From contig NC_068983.1 of assembly GCF_001194135.2 (NCBI RefSeq), positions 108,815,601-108,879,600 of the forward strand: a stretch of 64,000 nucleotides of DNA, given 5' to 3'. Origin of the DNA: Octopus bimaculoides. Lineage: Eukaryota. The notes under the pieces are model-generated. The model searched no databases, was not told the DNA's origin, and saw only the letters and a list, made by a program, of their open reading frames with translations. Positions 27,593 to 39,915 of the stretch are shown one piece after another (the stretch's first letter is position 1; every line of letters starts with the position of its first letter). The position numbers were made by a program, and so were the translations under genes.

Positions 27593-27770
27593 TATCTGCG
27601 TTTGTCTCGTACCATCACTTGACAACTGGTGTTGGTGTGTTTACATCCCTGTAACTTAGTAGTTTGGCAAAAGCGACAGATAGAATAAATACCTAGCTTA
27701 AAACTAAAATGTAAATTTATTCAGCTCGTGGAATTTCTAGTCTAATGACTAAAACAAATAAAAGATAAAA
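27307..27770 (+). mobile_element. SINE family B, tandem head-to-tail copy, internal (TG)n
   Basis: Starts 4 bp after the previous copy's tail; more diverged. Confidence 0.85.
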
Positions 27771-28070
27771 TGTAAATGGTAAAAGATTATAAATAATTCT
27801 AACTGAGCCCATATAGTTTGTTGAGAAAATTGAAGATGAAGATTTAGGTTTTTAAGTCAGCAAGTACCATACAATGATAGTTTATAATTACAGAGAGTCA
27901 TGTTTAATTAAACTGAAATAGGTTGGAGGATTTGACAGTCACCAAATCAGAAATTTATCTGAAAGAAGTTCAGTCTAAACCTTCAGTAACAAAACTGAAA
28001 TGATTTTGTTTCAGCCGTTAGTATTTAGGGACAGTGACGTTTCCTGATTCATTACCAATAATTAGAAAGC

Positions 28071-28284
28071 GAAGGTGGTAAAATGGAAGAATTGTTAGCA
28101 TACTTAGCAAAATGGATAGTGTCATTTGTCCATCTTCATGTTCTGAGTTCAAATTCCACTGAGGTCAACTTTGCGTTTCATCGTTTTGGGGTCGATAAAA
28201 TAAGTACCAGTTGAATACTGGGGTCTATGTAAAAGACTTACCCCTGCCCCTAAACTTGCTAGCCTTATGCCAAAATTTGAAATC
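28071..28284 (+). mobile_element. SINE family A with imperfect 14-bp TSD
   Basis: B-box gagttcaaattcc, central domain; flanks aataattagaaagc (28057-28070) and aatatatagaaagc (28285-28298). Confidence 0.85.
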
Positions 28285-29604
28285 AATATATAGAAAGCAT
28301 TTTAAGTTTACATTAAACTAACAACAACAAATAATAATATTAACAGAAATGGTAAAAGGAAAAACTAACTGGAATTTAATATCAAACGTACATTTATGTT
28401 TAATGTAGTAATAATGTAATAATTTCTGAAGACATAGGAAACAAATCTTCAAGAACTAAAAATGTTACAAAATAGCTAGTCAAAGCATTTCATCATTCTC
28501 AGAATGGCAGCATTAAAGTATGAAATATGGCAGACATGATACCATAGACACACTATTTTTAAGAAATTATAAAATATTACAAGAACTATATCAGTGATTA
28601 AATGTTTATCTGACATAAGTTGTTGTTTTTAAGATTATAATTTTTTTAGGCTAGTTACCACATCTTCACTATGTATATTTACAATATCCATACTGTGTGT
28701 AAGTTTCAATTGGTTCCATCTCTAATTATCACCAGGTGTCATATATCATGAACAAGTATAAATTCAGGGATAGATTGTCTAATGATGATTAAAAATTGAA
28801 CCAAATGAAACGTATTGTAGATAAAAAATATTGCAAATATACTTTCTAAAGATTATAAAAATTAGGTTAAAAGTCTGAAAAAATTATAATCTTATATCAA
28901 GTCAAGTGTAAAACAGTATTGATTTATTTTTATTAGAAACAAAATAAAATTTCCAAGGAAAGTGTTTCTAATTGATTGATCAGATCAAAAAATATTAATG
29001 TAAGTTATTTAAGTGATCTGAATGGACAAAAGGTAAAGTCATCTCTGACAAGCTTTGAACTGGGAATTAAGAAAGTTGTGACTAAATATTGTCATGCATT
29101 GAGAGCTATACTCTGTCATCTTTGCAAATTAATATTCTTATGGCAATGAATAATATGAGGATAGACATACTGATCTTAAATAACATTTTACCATAGCCTA
29201 TATTTGTGATATCCTTATATCAGAATCTGTATTCCTATAAATCTCTATTTTAGAACAAAACAAAACTATAAATTACCTAAAATTCTTCATAAATTTTGTT
29301 TCAAGTTTGAAAATTGCAACTTGCCATATAAGGAATGGTTGAGGAATGGTAGCAAAGTGAAATAATATGAAATGGAAATGGTGATAATTCTTTGAACTAA
29401 CATTATTAGATATAAAAATATCATTGCAACATATAAATCAATAGAATATTAATTTGATCAGAAATATTTGTGAAAAGTAATGTTAAATTTCTATAAAACT
29501 TTTGACAAAATGCAATATCTCTTCAAATTTGGAAAATGTAATTAATGGTTGTCTAATCTTCATTTAGTGGAGAGTAATTAACTATTTTGGTTTAATTTTT
29601 GCAG

Positions 29605-29645
29605 ATAGAAATTTTAAGATCTGTGATTGTGAAATAAGAAAACAA
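29605..29645 (+). CDS. Candidate exon (phase 1 to 0)
   Basis: Acceptor tttaatttttgcAG, donor GTATAA; RNFKICDCEIRKQ. Confidence 0.3.
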
Positions 29646-30209
29646 GTATAAACAAGCATAATCATTGTAACTATTTGATTATTAATTCCTACAATTCATT
29701 GTTATATATATGCCAAATTATTAAATACATTATAATAAATAAACGAAACCTTAATTATGTTATACATTTACATTTATTCAACTACTCAGTAAAAATTGCC
29801 AAGTTATATCAAAGTAGGATTAAATTAAAATATAAATGTAATTGAAATATTTGACTAGGTACAAAAAAAAAAATGATATAAAGAATGGTATAGAATATAT
29901 AAATAATACAGTAGAGCAAAACAAAAATATTTTGCACAAAAATCTTTCTGCTATTATGGCCTGCAAGATCTTAAGCCTATGAGAAAAATACCACGTAGTG
30001 AATAAGAGCTACAAAAATTTGGAAATAAAATGTCAAAGGATATATCCCAACTAATTCCTTCAAAGAATGTGATCTTTGTGATAATTCTAGGTCATGAAAC
30101 ATTTCTTTATTAGAGATGTATCAGTGATATTGAATCTATAGAAAATACCAATAATTAAAAAGCAATGGTACAAAAATGGATCTCAAGACTGGGGTAACTG
30201 ATCATTTGA

Positions 30210-31172
30210 AGTTCTCAGAAGATACTATATACACAACTCATTCCCCTTACCATCCTCTCAGAGATACACTGGGTCCCTCCTCTGACCCACCTCCTATTGA
30301 CATCCATTTCATATTCTTACTGTCAATGATCCCTCTACTCCACCCTTGCTGGCATCTATTTTCCACTCTCCTCTTACTTACAAACAGTGACTCTTGCCAC
30401 TTCCTATCAAGACCCATTCATCATTCTTATAGTCAGTCATCCTATCTCTTCCCTTTTTTTGGTATTAATCTCTCACTGCCCTCATCATCCTATCACATCT
30501 CTGCTCTACTCTTATGGAATGAATTATTCTTCAGTTGTAAGAAACAAAAAGCAGAACCTGTTACAATATACAATACCATATTACCATCTCTGTAGTACTT
30601 GTTACTAGTTTCTCTCCTCTGTCCTACACCCAGTCAGCACCTAGCCCTCATTCTTATCATACTCCACTCGTATTGACTATCTCACCCCTGTCTGCCATTC
30701 ATAACATTCATTCCCTATACATATCTCACCTCCTTTGCCTCACGTTTATATCATCAATTTCCTTTCACATTATTACAAACTTATCCACCCACTCCTTGAC
30801 TCTTCTGTCTTCAAGCTCCTTTCTATACATCTCTTGGATATGTTACCATGAAGGTACATATTAGCACCTTGTCCTCGTATTTACCTCTTTTGTGCCTCCA
30901 TCAAGCTTCACCCTTCCAATACCTTACCTACAGAACTCTCCTGTCACTTATCCTTTCTCTCACTTAGTACTGGTGCAATGAAAAAAGGCACCCAATAAAC
31001 TCTGTAAAGTAGTTGCATTAGGAATGCATCCAGTAGTAGAAATCATGCCAAAATTATGGCAGAAGAACAAGACAAGGTTTTTGGACTCATAGGATCCTGT
31101 CAAAACTTCCAACCTGTTCTTCATTGTAGCATGAAAGTGGACATAAAATGATAATGATAGTGATGATGATGT
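30210..31172 (+). mobile_element. RTE-type C/T-rich 3' UTR and tail
   Basis: Ends actggtgcaatgaaaaaaggcacccaataaactctgtaaagtag...ggacataaaatgataatgatagtgatgatgatg. Confidence 0.6.
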
Positions 31173-32283
31173 TAATGAGTATCCATATAATAATTGTGGA
31201 TGTATATTTTTGTATTTTCTCATAAAATTGGTTGAGTATTCTTGCTTTGTCATAATGCTTAATATCCTCACAATCAGTTCACTTGTTTCAGCAATGCTCA
31301 TGACAAGGGCAGAAAAGATAAGGAGAAATTGTACAAAACATCTGTTATTTTAAAACTAGAAAAAAAAATGGATTCAAAGATACTTTGACAGTGCAGTGGT
31401 ACAGACCTTAGACAACAGATGGTATAGTAAGTTCACGTTGTTGTTGCTGGCATCAATAAGTGAATTTAAAATAATTAAGAACTGAATAAGTCCACAACAA
31501 TGGAAATTCATCAAGGTTAAGAGTAATTTTGAAGATAAAATGATAATGACAAAAGTTGACTCTTTAGTTTTGATGCTGATAATCTCCCAAATGTCTGTGA
31601 CACTAAGTTCATGCTACAAAGTGGTTGCAGATAGGAAGAGCATTCAGCCGTAAAGCCATGCCAAAATCACATGACATACGTAAGAGTAAAGATTTGTGAT
31701 TAAAGTGCATAAAGCTCTTTCTGGAAAGTACTCAGTGATATGATGACATTTCAAGAAAAAAATCTTTATAGCAGTGACCAAGACTTCTCTTTTTCAGTGT
31801 AAAACTAAGTCCATGATGAAGTTCCTCAATGGCTACTACTCTGGATGCTTCAGTTGGCCTTCAATAAGAGCTGGTTACAGAAAGTGTTCAATGAACAATA
31901 TAGTAACCTCTGTCAGCTGACAAGCAAAATAGTAGGAAGATGGCTTTGGGATGCAATACCAAGACTTGCCCTCTGTGAGATCATCATGTGAAAACTAACC
32001 CATGTGGGATAATAGATATCTCTCAAAAATTATGGTCAGCAGAGGAGGATAGTAGTGCAGCAGCTGCTGACAAACTCAGAACTCTGCAAGTGGTGTATTC
32101 ATCTTAGTTCTTGATGACGATAGAGATGCAAGTATCCAAATAGCAACCTAACTGATTTCCTTCTGCTTAAAAGACATTTGAAATTGCTGTAGAGAAAATA
32201 TTTGCCTTAATAACATTAACTATCTGGCATATGCAGTGAATGACAGTGATTCCTTTGATTTTGTGTTTCTTGTATCTCTCCAG

Positions 32284-33994
32284 GACTCACCGCAACCAGT
32301 CACATATTATGCTATAAATAGCTTACAACGATTAATAAACAATCTGTTAGGGAAATTAAAGATGTAGACATGCATTCAATTTCTGACCTCATTGATTACT
32401 TTGCTGCTTCCTAGCATACATTAATTATATCCAGTAGTTGCCAATTTCACACCTGTAAATGTCCTTTACAGGTGACTACTTGTTCTAAACTAACTCCAGA
32501 AAATTATGCAATAAGCTGAGAATACTTAGAACAGTTTACAAACTTGAAATGGGCTGATTCCCATAACTTACAGGAAAATCTGATAAGATTCAATAATAGT
32601 TACTCTACATGCAGCATATTTTACATATTGCATGTCTTTCTAGATTTGTAATAGATGAAAAGTAGATTTTGATTTTCTTTAATTTGTATTGCATAGATCA
32701 ACAGCTTGTACACTGATTAGCTTGTTGCAAATTAGAATATTGCAAAATATCTTGCAGATATACTTTATTAGAGCTATCCCAATAAGGCACTTATCAGCAG
32801 AAATTGTTTCTATGTACTTAACTTAAAGATATGTTCCTGAAAGCAAACAAATCTCATTAGCGTTTTAATGTCAACAATGAAAAGATAACGGAATATGCTA
32901 AAGTGCCTCATTATGAACTTGTTATATAGGAAGTGAATAAAATTGCATCCATATTGCTGGCTAAATTAGATAGTAATCTAATATCTTAATTCATTCATAT
33001 TGAAAAGTTTCTTACCTTGATTTAGAACTGCCAATTATAATTCCAAATTTCAATAAAAGAAAATGAAGACTTACCTACAAAAGAAAAGAAATAATTATGT
33101 TATGAAGTAAAAGTTATTAATAAATACTATAAAGAAAAAGCTTTAAATTTTTAACCAGATTTTGAAGTTGATTTTTTAAGAAATATATTTTCAATTTTTA
33201 AATTCATTTTATTAATCATTTGTACATTTTAAATATTATTCTTGTATTGACAGTCAGTGTTGGCATTATTAATTTTATCAAAGCCAACAAAGCCAACTTT
33301 ACTGATTGAACATATTGCTTTTTCGCTTTTTTTTTAATTTTGCATTACTATATTATTGTAATATTAAGAAGGTATTACTTTTATTTCAAAGGCTTATTTC
33401 AGTTACAGAAGATTACACACACACACACACACATTCATTCATTCATACACCCATATGTGTGTGATAAATCTTCTATTTGTCTTATGGAAAAACTTTAATT
33501 TCTTTTTGTTTAGTCAATTGAACTACTAACTTGGTAAATTAAAATGCAAATTGTTAAACATTTCATAAACATGTTTACCCTTAATATTTTTCTCAGGTTA
33601 AATCAGCACAGCAAAATATGTGACAGGACTGAACTACTGAATGACAAATATAATGCATCTAATGGGCTGCCGCTTTGCTTCCATCTACTCAATTTTCTAT
33701 ACAAGACTAAAGTCAACCCAGGCTATGGTAAAATATATTCACCTAATATGGCAAGGTGACATCGAATACAAGATCTCTTGACTGTGAAGCAAACTTCAAC
33801 ATCACTCAAATATATTTTTTTCTCTCTTTGTTTTTTTTTTCTTTCTCTCTCCTTTTTTTTCCTCTTAATCCTTTCTATCAAAAACAGTAGGCTCAAAATG
33901 TAAAAGACTTTTCGATTCTTCTCAAGTGTTAAACTAATACACCCACCTACTGTTCCTACACTTGTCTTTGTTTCTTGTTTTCTGTAAATTTGAA

Positions 33995-34025
<31 letters not shown>

Positions 34026-36200
34026 TGAGAAACTATTTCAGGAGTGGAAGTAAGGTCTAGAATCTAGGGGCTTTAGAGGTAATTTAGCTAAGACCAAAGT
34101 CCTAGTAGGTAGGCCTCTATGATGTTGGGAAGACAGTTTGGGTCAAGATGGAAAAGAATGGCACAATCAAGATAGAAGTGGAAGTGCATTATGACCAGCT
34201 GTGTATAATAGCATCTGATGGTCTGGTCGATACTGTGACACACAGACACACACACACATTCATACAGAAAGTATGGCAAAATATACATAAAGTAACCATG
34301 TTTCCAGATGTGACAAATTCCATGAAACACGTTTGTAAATCTCATGTTACTGAAGTGTTCGGATATGAATCTGAAGCAAGTAAAATGATTTTAATTTGCT
34401 TTTAGAGGATAAAACAATTACATTCTTAGTGATTACACCATCAAATGGAGAAAAAAAAAACATTGGAGGGGTGATGCATACCCTGTGTGCAGATAAATAT
34501 TTTCGCAAATTATAGTGTGGCTTACAATGCATTGCTTATCTATGCTTTTTAATTGAACTGAATTAATTCTTATTTTGTTTTTGCATCATCATTATAGGTG
34601 TTTATAGTCCTGTGAAATTAAGAAAGCAACTCATAAATAGATTAAACCCTCGATCCATCAGAGCGCACACACACACATCTATGTATGTACTTATGTATGT
34701 ATGCATGTGTCAACATGCATAGGTACACCATGATTTATACACACACACACAAGGGTTGATTCATATGATAAAGAAAGTGAACAAAATAAAATGACCATTT
34801 GGTTATTCGGAAATTTGTAAGTTCAATTTTTAAAAAAATTTTCTAAATTTTTTTTTTAAGTATCCCATTATACATATTTATACTGTGGTGAAATTAAAAA
34901 ATCATGTTGTAAATATACGAAATCTCTGAATCCATCAATGTACACACACATATGCATACACACACAGTCACATATGTATGTATGTATGTGTATACCCATA
35001 CCTGTCTATGCACATAGGTACACCATAATCTATACACATAAGTACACCATAATCTATACACATGCAGACAAGGGTTGACTCATATGAAAAAGAAAGTGAA
35101 CAAAATAATGTGACCACTTGCTTGCTGAGAAATTTATAAGTTTGATTTAAAAAAAACAAATTTCTTTTTCTTTTAAAGATAATCAAACCAAATGTTTATC
35201 AGTTCAAACCACTCACCCAATGAGTATTTCTGCCAAATGTGCAGAAAATCTGTTCAGCTGCGTTTTAGTAATTTTGCTAACACACAGATAAACAGGTGAA
35301 GATGAGTGATTACAATACCCTGCTTTTGCTTACACATGCAGGGTAAATATCTGAGTCAAAGAGCTTTAATACCATTCCATGTTATAGTTGATGTACAAAT
35401 GAATGGACATGGAAATAGGTCACATACTGCATTTGCTGCAAATATTTCTTACATTATAAGGAAAAAATTTATGCCAAGAAATCAATTAAATCTTTTTAAT
35501 TCCTTTTAGTCTTTACATTGAAATTGAAATGAACAGTATTATTAATTAAAATCATCTTATTACCATCATGCTTTTATACATAAATGTGATGAAAAAATAT
35601 TTTTATACACAATAAATATTGTATAACAATGATAATAAGGGAAATGAGGTAAATCTAATATGTAACTATTCCAGAAGTGTATTCATAAACAGTTGAGGGT
35701 GGATAGCAGTACAAGAGGAAAGGAGAAAACTACTTACTAAGGATCCTAAATATTAACTCATAATGCTGTTTGGAAAAGACTCCCAGATGAAAATTGACAA
35801 TAAAATGTTGCTGCCTGTTATTGTTGTATACAGTATATATAGATGTGTGTGTATGTATGTGTGTCTTCTTGTATGCATACAATCTGAAACATGTATTTAA
35901 TGGTACAATACCATGAAAAAGGTAAATTAAGAATTTGAACAATATTTTTAAGGGCATATCATTCCTATTCCTTTTACATGTTATAAATTCTTTGCCATTT
36001 CTGTAACAAGATCACTATCAAAGGAAAGCTATTAAAGGAAATAAGAAAGCAAGTGTAATTGCCCAGGGACCAAAACTGACATTTATTGAAGAAAATCCAA
36101 TGTACTTATTCATTTTGTGTACTAAAAAATTATTTTTGTTAAATATAATTATAACTAGATTCATGGAATCTGAATGTAGCATACACTAATTTCATAATTG
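32284..36200 (+). CDS. Candidate exon cluster 32284-32363, 33597-33727, 34308-34379, 36159-36200
   Basis: Good acceptors (ctctccAG, tttctcAG, tttccAG) and one consensus donor (TG|GTAAGT). Joined in phase: DSPQPVTYYAINSLQRLINNLLGKLK-M-LNQHSKICDRTELLNDKYNASNGLPLCFHLLNFLYKTKVNPGY-D-VTNSMKHVCKSHVTEVFGYESEA-N-SWNLNVAYTNFII. No homologue recognised; the first donor (GTAGAC) is weak. Confidence 0.45.
33016..33100 (-). promoter_or_regulatory. Candidate recursive splice site (ratchet point) with 59-nt RS-exon
   Basis: Minus strand tatttcttttcttttgtAG|GTAAGT at 33075/33074; second donor AAG|GTAAGA at 33016/33015. Confidence 0.45.
34040..34200 (+). mobile_element. Small RTE RT fragment
   Basis: GLESRGFRGNLAKTKVLV matches the RTE motif seen at about 60240-60280 on the minus strand. 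Confidence 0.55.
34652..35170. repeat. Diverged ~280-bp tandem duplication
   Basis: Units start at 34652 and 34929 (atccatca...taggtacaccat...caagggttga.tcatatga.aaagaaagtgaacaaaata). Confidence 0.8.
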
Positions 36201-36503
36201 GTAAGTATATAGAAATAATTCAGCAACCAAAAGGTTGAATGGAAGATATAATCTAATACCAAAAGTCAGTTGTTTATCATATGCTGAAATTGCTCTGAAG
36301 AAGCCATGATCATAAAGAGCTAGTCTAGAAAGATAGGTGGAGTGAGAAGTGTGACACGTTCTCCTTCTCTTCTTTGTAATTGTTAAAAAGTGATTTTCTT
36401 TATTAACATTTTTGTTATGATAACAAAGCATTTATATAATAAAGTTATCAAGCAAATAATAATTTTCATTTCCATTTTCATATGTCCAAGATAATCCATA
36501 GAT

Positions 36504-36803
36504 GCTGACACTCTATTAGTTATGATGATGAGGGTTCATTCATCAGCTGATGGTTGTGAAATTAACATGCATGTGACTGAGCAGTCCACAGACGTGTACT
36601 TTAATGTAGTTCTCAAGGAGATTCAGCATAACGCAGAGTGTAACAAGGCTGGCCCTTTGAAATACCGGTACAATTAATTTTTGCCAGCTGAGTGGACTGG
36701 AGCAATGTGAAATAAAGTGTCTTGCTCAAAGATACATGTCACTGGGAATTGAACTCATGACCTTACACATGAGCTGAATACCCTAACCACTAACCCATGC
36801 ACG
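36504..36803 (-). mobile_element. tRNA-derived SINE family C
   Basis: Minus strand gggttagtggttagggtattc (A box), gagttcaattcc (B box), tttgagcaagacacttta...ttgctccagtccactcagctgg body. Confidence 0.85.
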
Positions 36804-36854
36804 TTGGATATTAACTGAAATGAAACTTATTAATGATGGGTTTAAACAAGGCAC

Positions 36855-37250
36855 TTTTACTCTTTTATTCATTTACTTGCTTCACTTATAGAATTGATGC
36901 CAAGCTGGGCAACTAATTTGAAGGGTATTAGTCAATCACATTAACCTCAGTACATATTTTTATGTCAGGCACTTAAATCATCTTTGTCATACCAGTATGT
37001 TTACAGGGCATAAATAATGACAATTTGCTCAAGCAGCATGAACATAAAAAAAGACAGAGACATACATGCACACATACACATATTATATGATGAATTTTGC
37101 ATAGCTCCTATCAACCAATTTTTCTCACAAGACACTGACCATCTCAAGATAAAGTAGATCACATTTTTCCAAAATGTCATGCTGTGGCACTAACTCTAAG
37201 AACCATGTGGTTGTGAAGTAAACTTCCTAACTGCAGTCATACCTCTGCTA
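36855..37250 (-). mobile_element. SINE family B, old diverged copy
   Basis: Recognisable tail, (CA)-rich centre and head (cttcacaaccacatggttc). Confidence 0.6.
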
Positions 37251-37768
37251 AAACAAAAATAATTTAATCAAATGAGAACTATTTTATCAAGAAGTTATCT
37301 TACAATCTTGGTATTTGATAATGCTTCATAATTCTTGTATGAATTATACAAAATATTTAATTTAGAAACAAAAGTTTTCCTTGTGTCACTAATGCCTTTA
37401 AGAATAGTTTGGCTATTTTATTGCATACCCTTCTGATTTTTTTATTATTTCGATTGTATTAATCATCCTTTGATTTTCAGTTCTGATTATAAAAAGTTGA
37501 GAAAATGATGCAGACATACACAGTTAGGTAAATAAAGTTAATAATTTTTAATGTAAAAAAAAAAAACTAGCTATCTGTCTGTATTTGGAGTTGATGCTGC
37601 TGAGACAGACATTCTCAAAAGAATAAATTATAATTAATTCATTATACAATAATCTTAAGCTCTATATTTATATAATATTTTAGTAGTATTTTATTGACTA
37701 AAGCCTCTAATTCACAGTGTGAGAGAGGCGAATATTGTGTTAAAAAATAGTTATGCATTAACTTGCTC

Positions 37769-39686
37769 ACTGAGCGAGTCATATCTCAACTCATTATGAA
37801 GAGAGTTGGCCTAAATAAGATGCATTTCATTTGTGCCAAGGAGAAGCACTACTGGTGCCATGTTCTTGGTAAAGCAACTGCAAGAGAAGCATTTAGTCAA
37901 AAATAAACTTCTGTACTTGACTTTTGTCAAGATGGAGAAAACTTTTGAGAGAGACCCTGATCTCTAATCTGGTGGTCAATGTAGAAACTAGGGATAGATG
38001 AGTGATTGGTGAGAACTGTACAAGCCAAGTACAGGAAATAGACTTCCTCAAATATTCAGTGGGGATCCTTAGAAGTAGTATATAGCTTCCTCGATGTCCA
38101 ACTTAGCAGTTGAGAAGGATGTTCTTAAAGTGTAGTTGCTAGAATACGAACACACTGGGCAAATATCAGAGAAGTACCCTTTGTTGGTGACAAATGGCCT
38201 CTCTTTCAGAGTGAAAGGCAGGTTGTATGATGTTATGTTTTATGAGAGTGAAACATGGACTGTGATTACAGAGGAAATGTAAAAGCTTAAAAAAAAGGAA
38301 GCTAGCATGCTCCACTGGATGGGTATTGTCGGTGAGCATGTACAACAAAGTATAAATGATTTAAGAGAAAAATTGGGTATAAGAGGCATCAGTGTGCAAG
38401 AGAGAAGACTGCATTGGTACAGTCATGTAATCTGTATGGATGAGGACAACTGCGTACAGAAGCACTAATTTCGAATTGTGGAGGGAACCTGTGGAAGGAT
38501 TAGACACAGGAGTACATGAAACAAAGTGGCAAAAAATGATCTCCAGATGTTGAACCTCGCTGTGGAGATGACAAGGGACCAGGAGCTGTGGCGATTTGCT
38601 ATACTTGAAAAGACATATCAAGCTAAGTAAAATCAGAGCTAGCCATACACACAGACATTTCCTTTAAGGCCATATGTCCAATTCACAAGCACTCATCTTG
38701 GGTTGGTGCATGATTATTGCAGCCTTTTTTCAACAAATTTTATTCAATAAAAACAATAACAACATGTAACAAAAACATCTTTAAATGATTATTCCAGAGC
38801 ATATTCACCATCTACTTCAATTACTGCTTCCCATTTGTTTGGCAGATGGTCAGACCGTCATTTAAAGATGTTTTTGTTAAATATTGTTATTGTTTTTGCT
38901 GAATAAAATTTGTTGAGAAAAAGCAGCAATAATTATGCACCAGCCTAATAATTTGTCCTCTGTCTAAACTTCTCCACAACTCATATTCCCAACACCCCAC
39001 CCCAACTGAGGGCCCCTTTACTCTCCTTCATGCACCTATCTGCACACTTTCCATGCCCTCACATACCTACCATACTCTGCTCCCAACCACTTCAGTTTCT
39101 CTCACCATCACTTCATACAGTCATGTCTTCCTCAACTCTAAACATCTCCCCTCACACTCTTAAGGAACATCAACCTTGGCTGCCTCTATACTACTTATAC
39201 TCCCCAAAATTTTTTCTTGTGGTTAGGCTCCAATACATCTCCAACACTATCTATTTTCCCTCTCTTTCTCACTCTAACTGTGTCTCTATATTTCTCTCTA
39301 ACTCTCTCCCACCTTACTTTTCTTTGTCCTATTGAGGTAGCCAAGTATCTCCATTATAGAAAGACAACTACCTCTGTTCCTCTATCAAACCCTAACCTCT
39401 CTCCTAGTACACAGCCACCTCCCTCATTTCCACTCCCTCACTCAACTGATAGATCCTTGTCTTGCAAGCCTTTTTAGAAACCCCTCTGGTGCTGGTGCCA
39501 TATAAAAGGCACTTGTGCTGGTTTCACATAAAAAGCAATCAGTACACTCAGTAAAATTATTGGCATTAAGAAAGCCATCCAGCCATAGAAACCATGCCGC
39601 AATAGATAAATTGCGCTTGGTGCACCCCTCTGGCTTACCCACTCCTGTCAAACTGTCCAACCCATGTCAGCCTGGAAAATGATGAC
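37769..39686 (+). mobile_element. RTE LINE, internally deleted RT, long C/T-rich 3' UTR and tail
   Basis: ERVISQLI...M.F..VP.RSTT.AMFLVKQLQEK.L.KNK.LY..FV.MEK.F, LSFRVKGRLYD, SETW, LREKLGIRG, QERRLHWY.HV..MDED, DLQMLNL..EMTRD..LWR; then the UTR and the shared tail. Confidence 0.9.
38698..38948 (-). mobile_element. 251-bp mariner MITE with ~90-bp TIRs, nested in the RTE 3' UTR
   Basis: Ends ttgggttggtgcatgattattgc / gcaataattatgcaccagcctaa followed by TA (Hsmar1/MADE1-type TIR start); the centre encodes the transposase C-terminus DHLPNKWEAVIEVDGEYALE-stop on the minus strand. Confidence 0.9.
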
Positions 39687-39714
39687 TGAGTGCACGTTAT
39701 AATGAAATCCTTTA

Positions 39715-39915
39715 AGGTTAGCAAAATGGCAGAATCATTAGACCATGCAGTATTTGTTCCAGGTCTTTTAATTCCGAGTCCTAATCCTACCAAAGTTAAC
39801 ATTGCTTTTATCCCTCCACGGAAAGTAAGATAAAGTACCAGCCAAGCACTGAGGATTGAAGGGATCAACTAATTCTTCTCATCAAATTTCCTGGTCTTGT
39901 CCTAAATCAGAAACA
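39715..39915 (+). mobile_element. SINE family A, degraded
   Basis: atggcagaatcattag head, ttgcttttatcc...aaagtaccag, ggtcttgtcctaaatcagaaac tail. Confidence 0.6.

Noticed and set aside
31283-31355. Minus-strand exon-like segment with a T-rich acceptor
   Set aside because: Stops in all three frames and a weak donor; could only be UTR or terminal, and is unsupported.
32472-32620. Exon-like frame with a single in-frame TGA (32517-32519), tempting as an A-to-I recoded stop
   Set aside because: Out of phase with neighbouring candidate exons and no donor; nothing in the DNA supports editing.
34148-34250. DQLCIIASDGLVDTV resembles the PP2C ILASDGLWD motif
   Set aside because: No other PP2C motifs nearby, and it directly continues an RTE fragment; likely chance.
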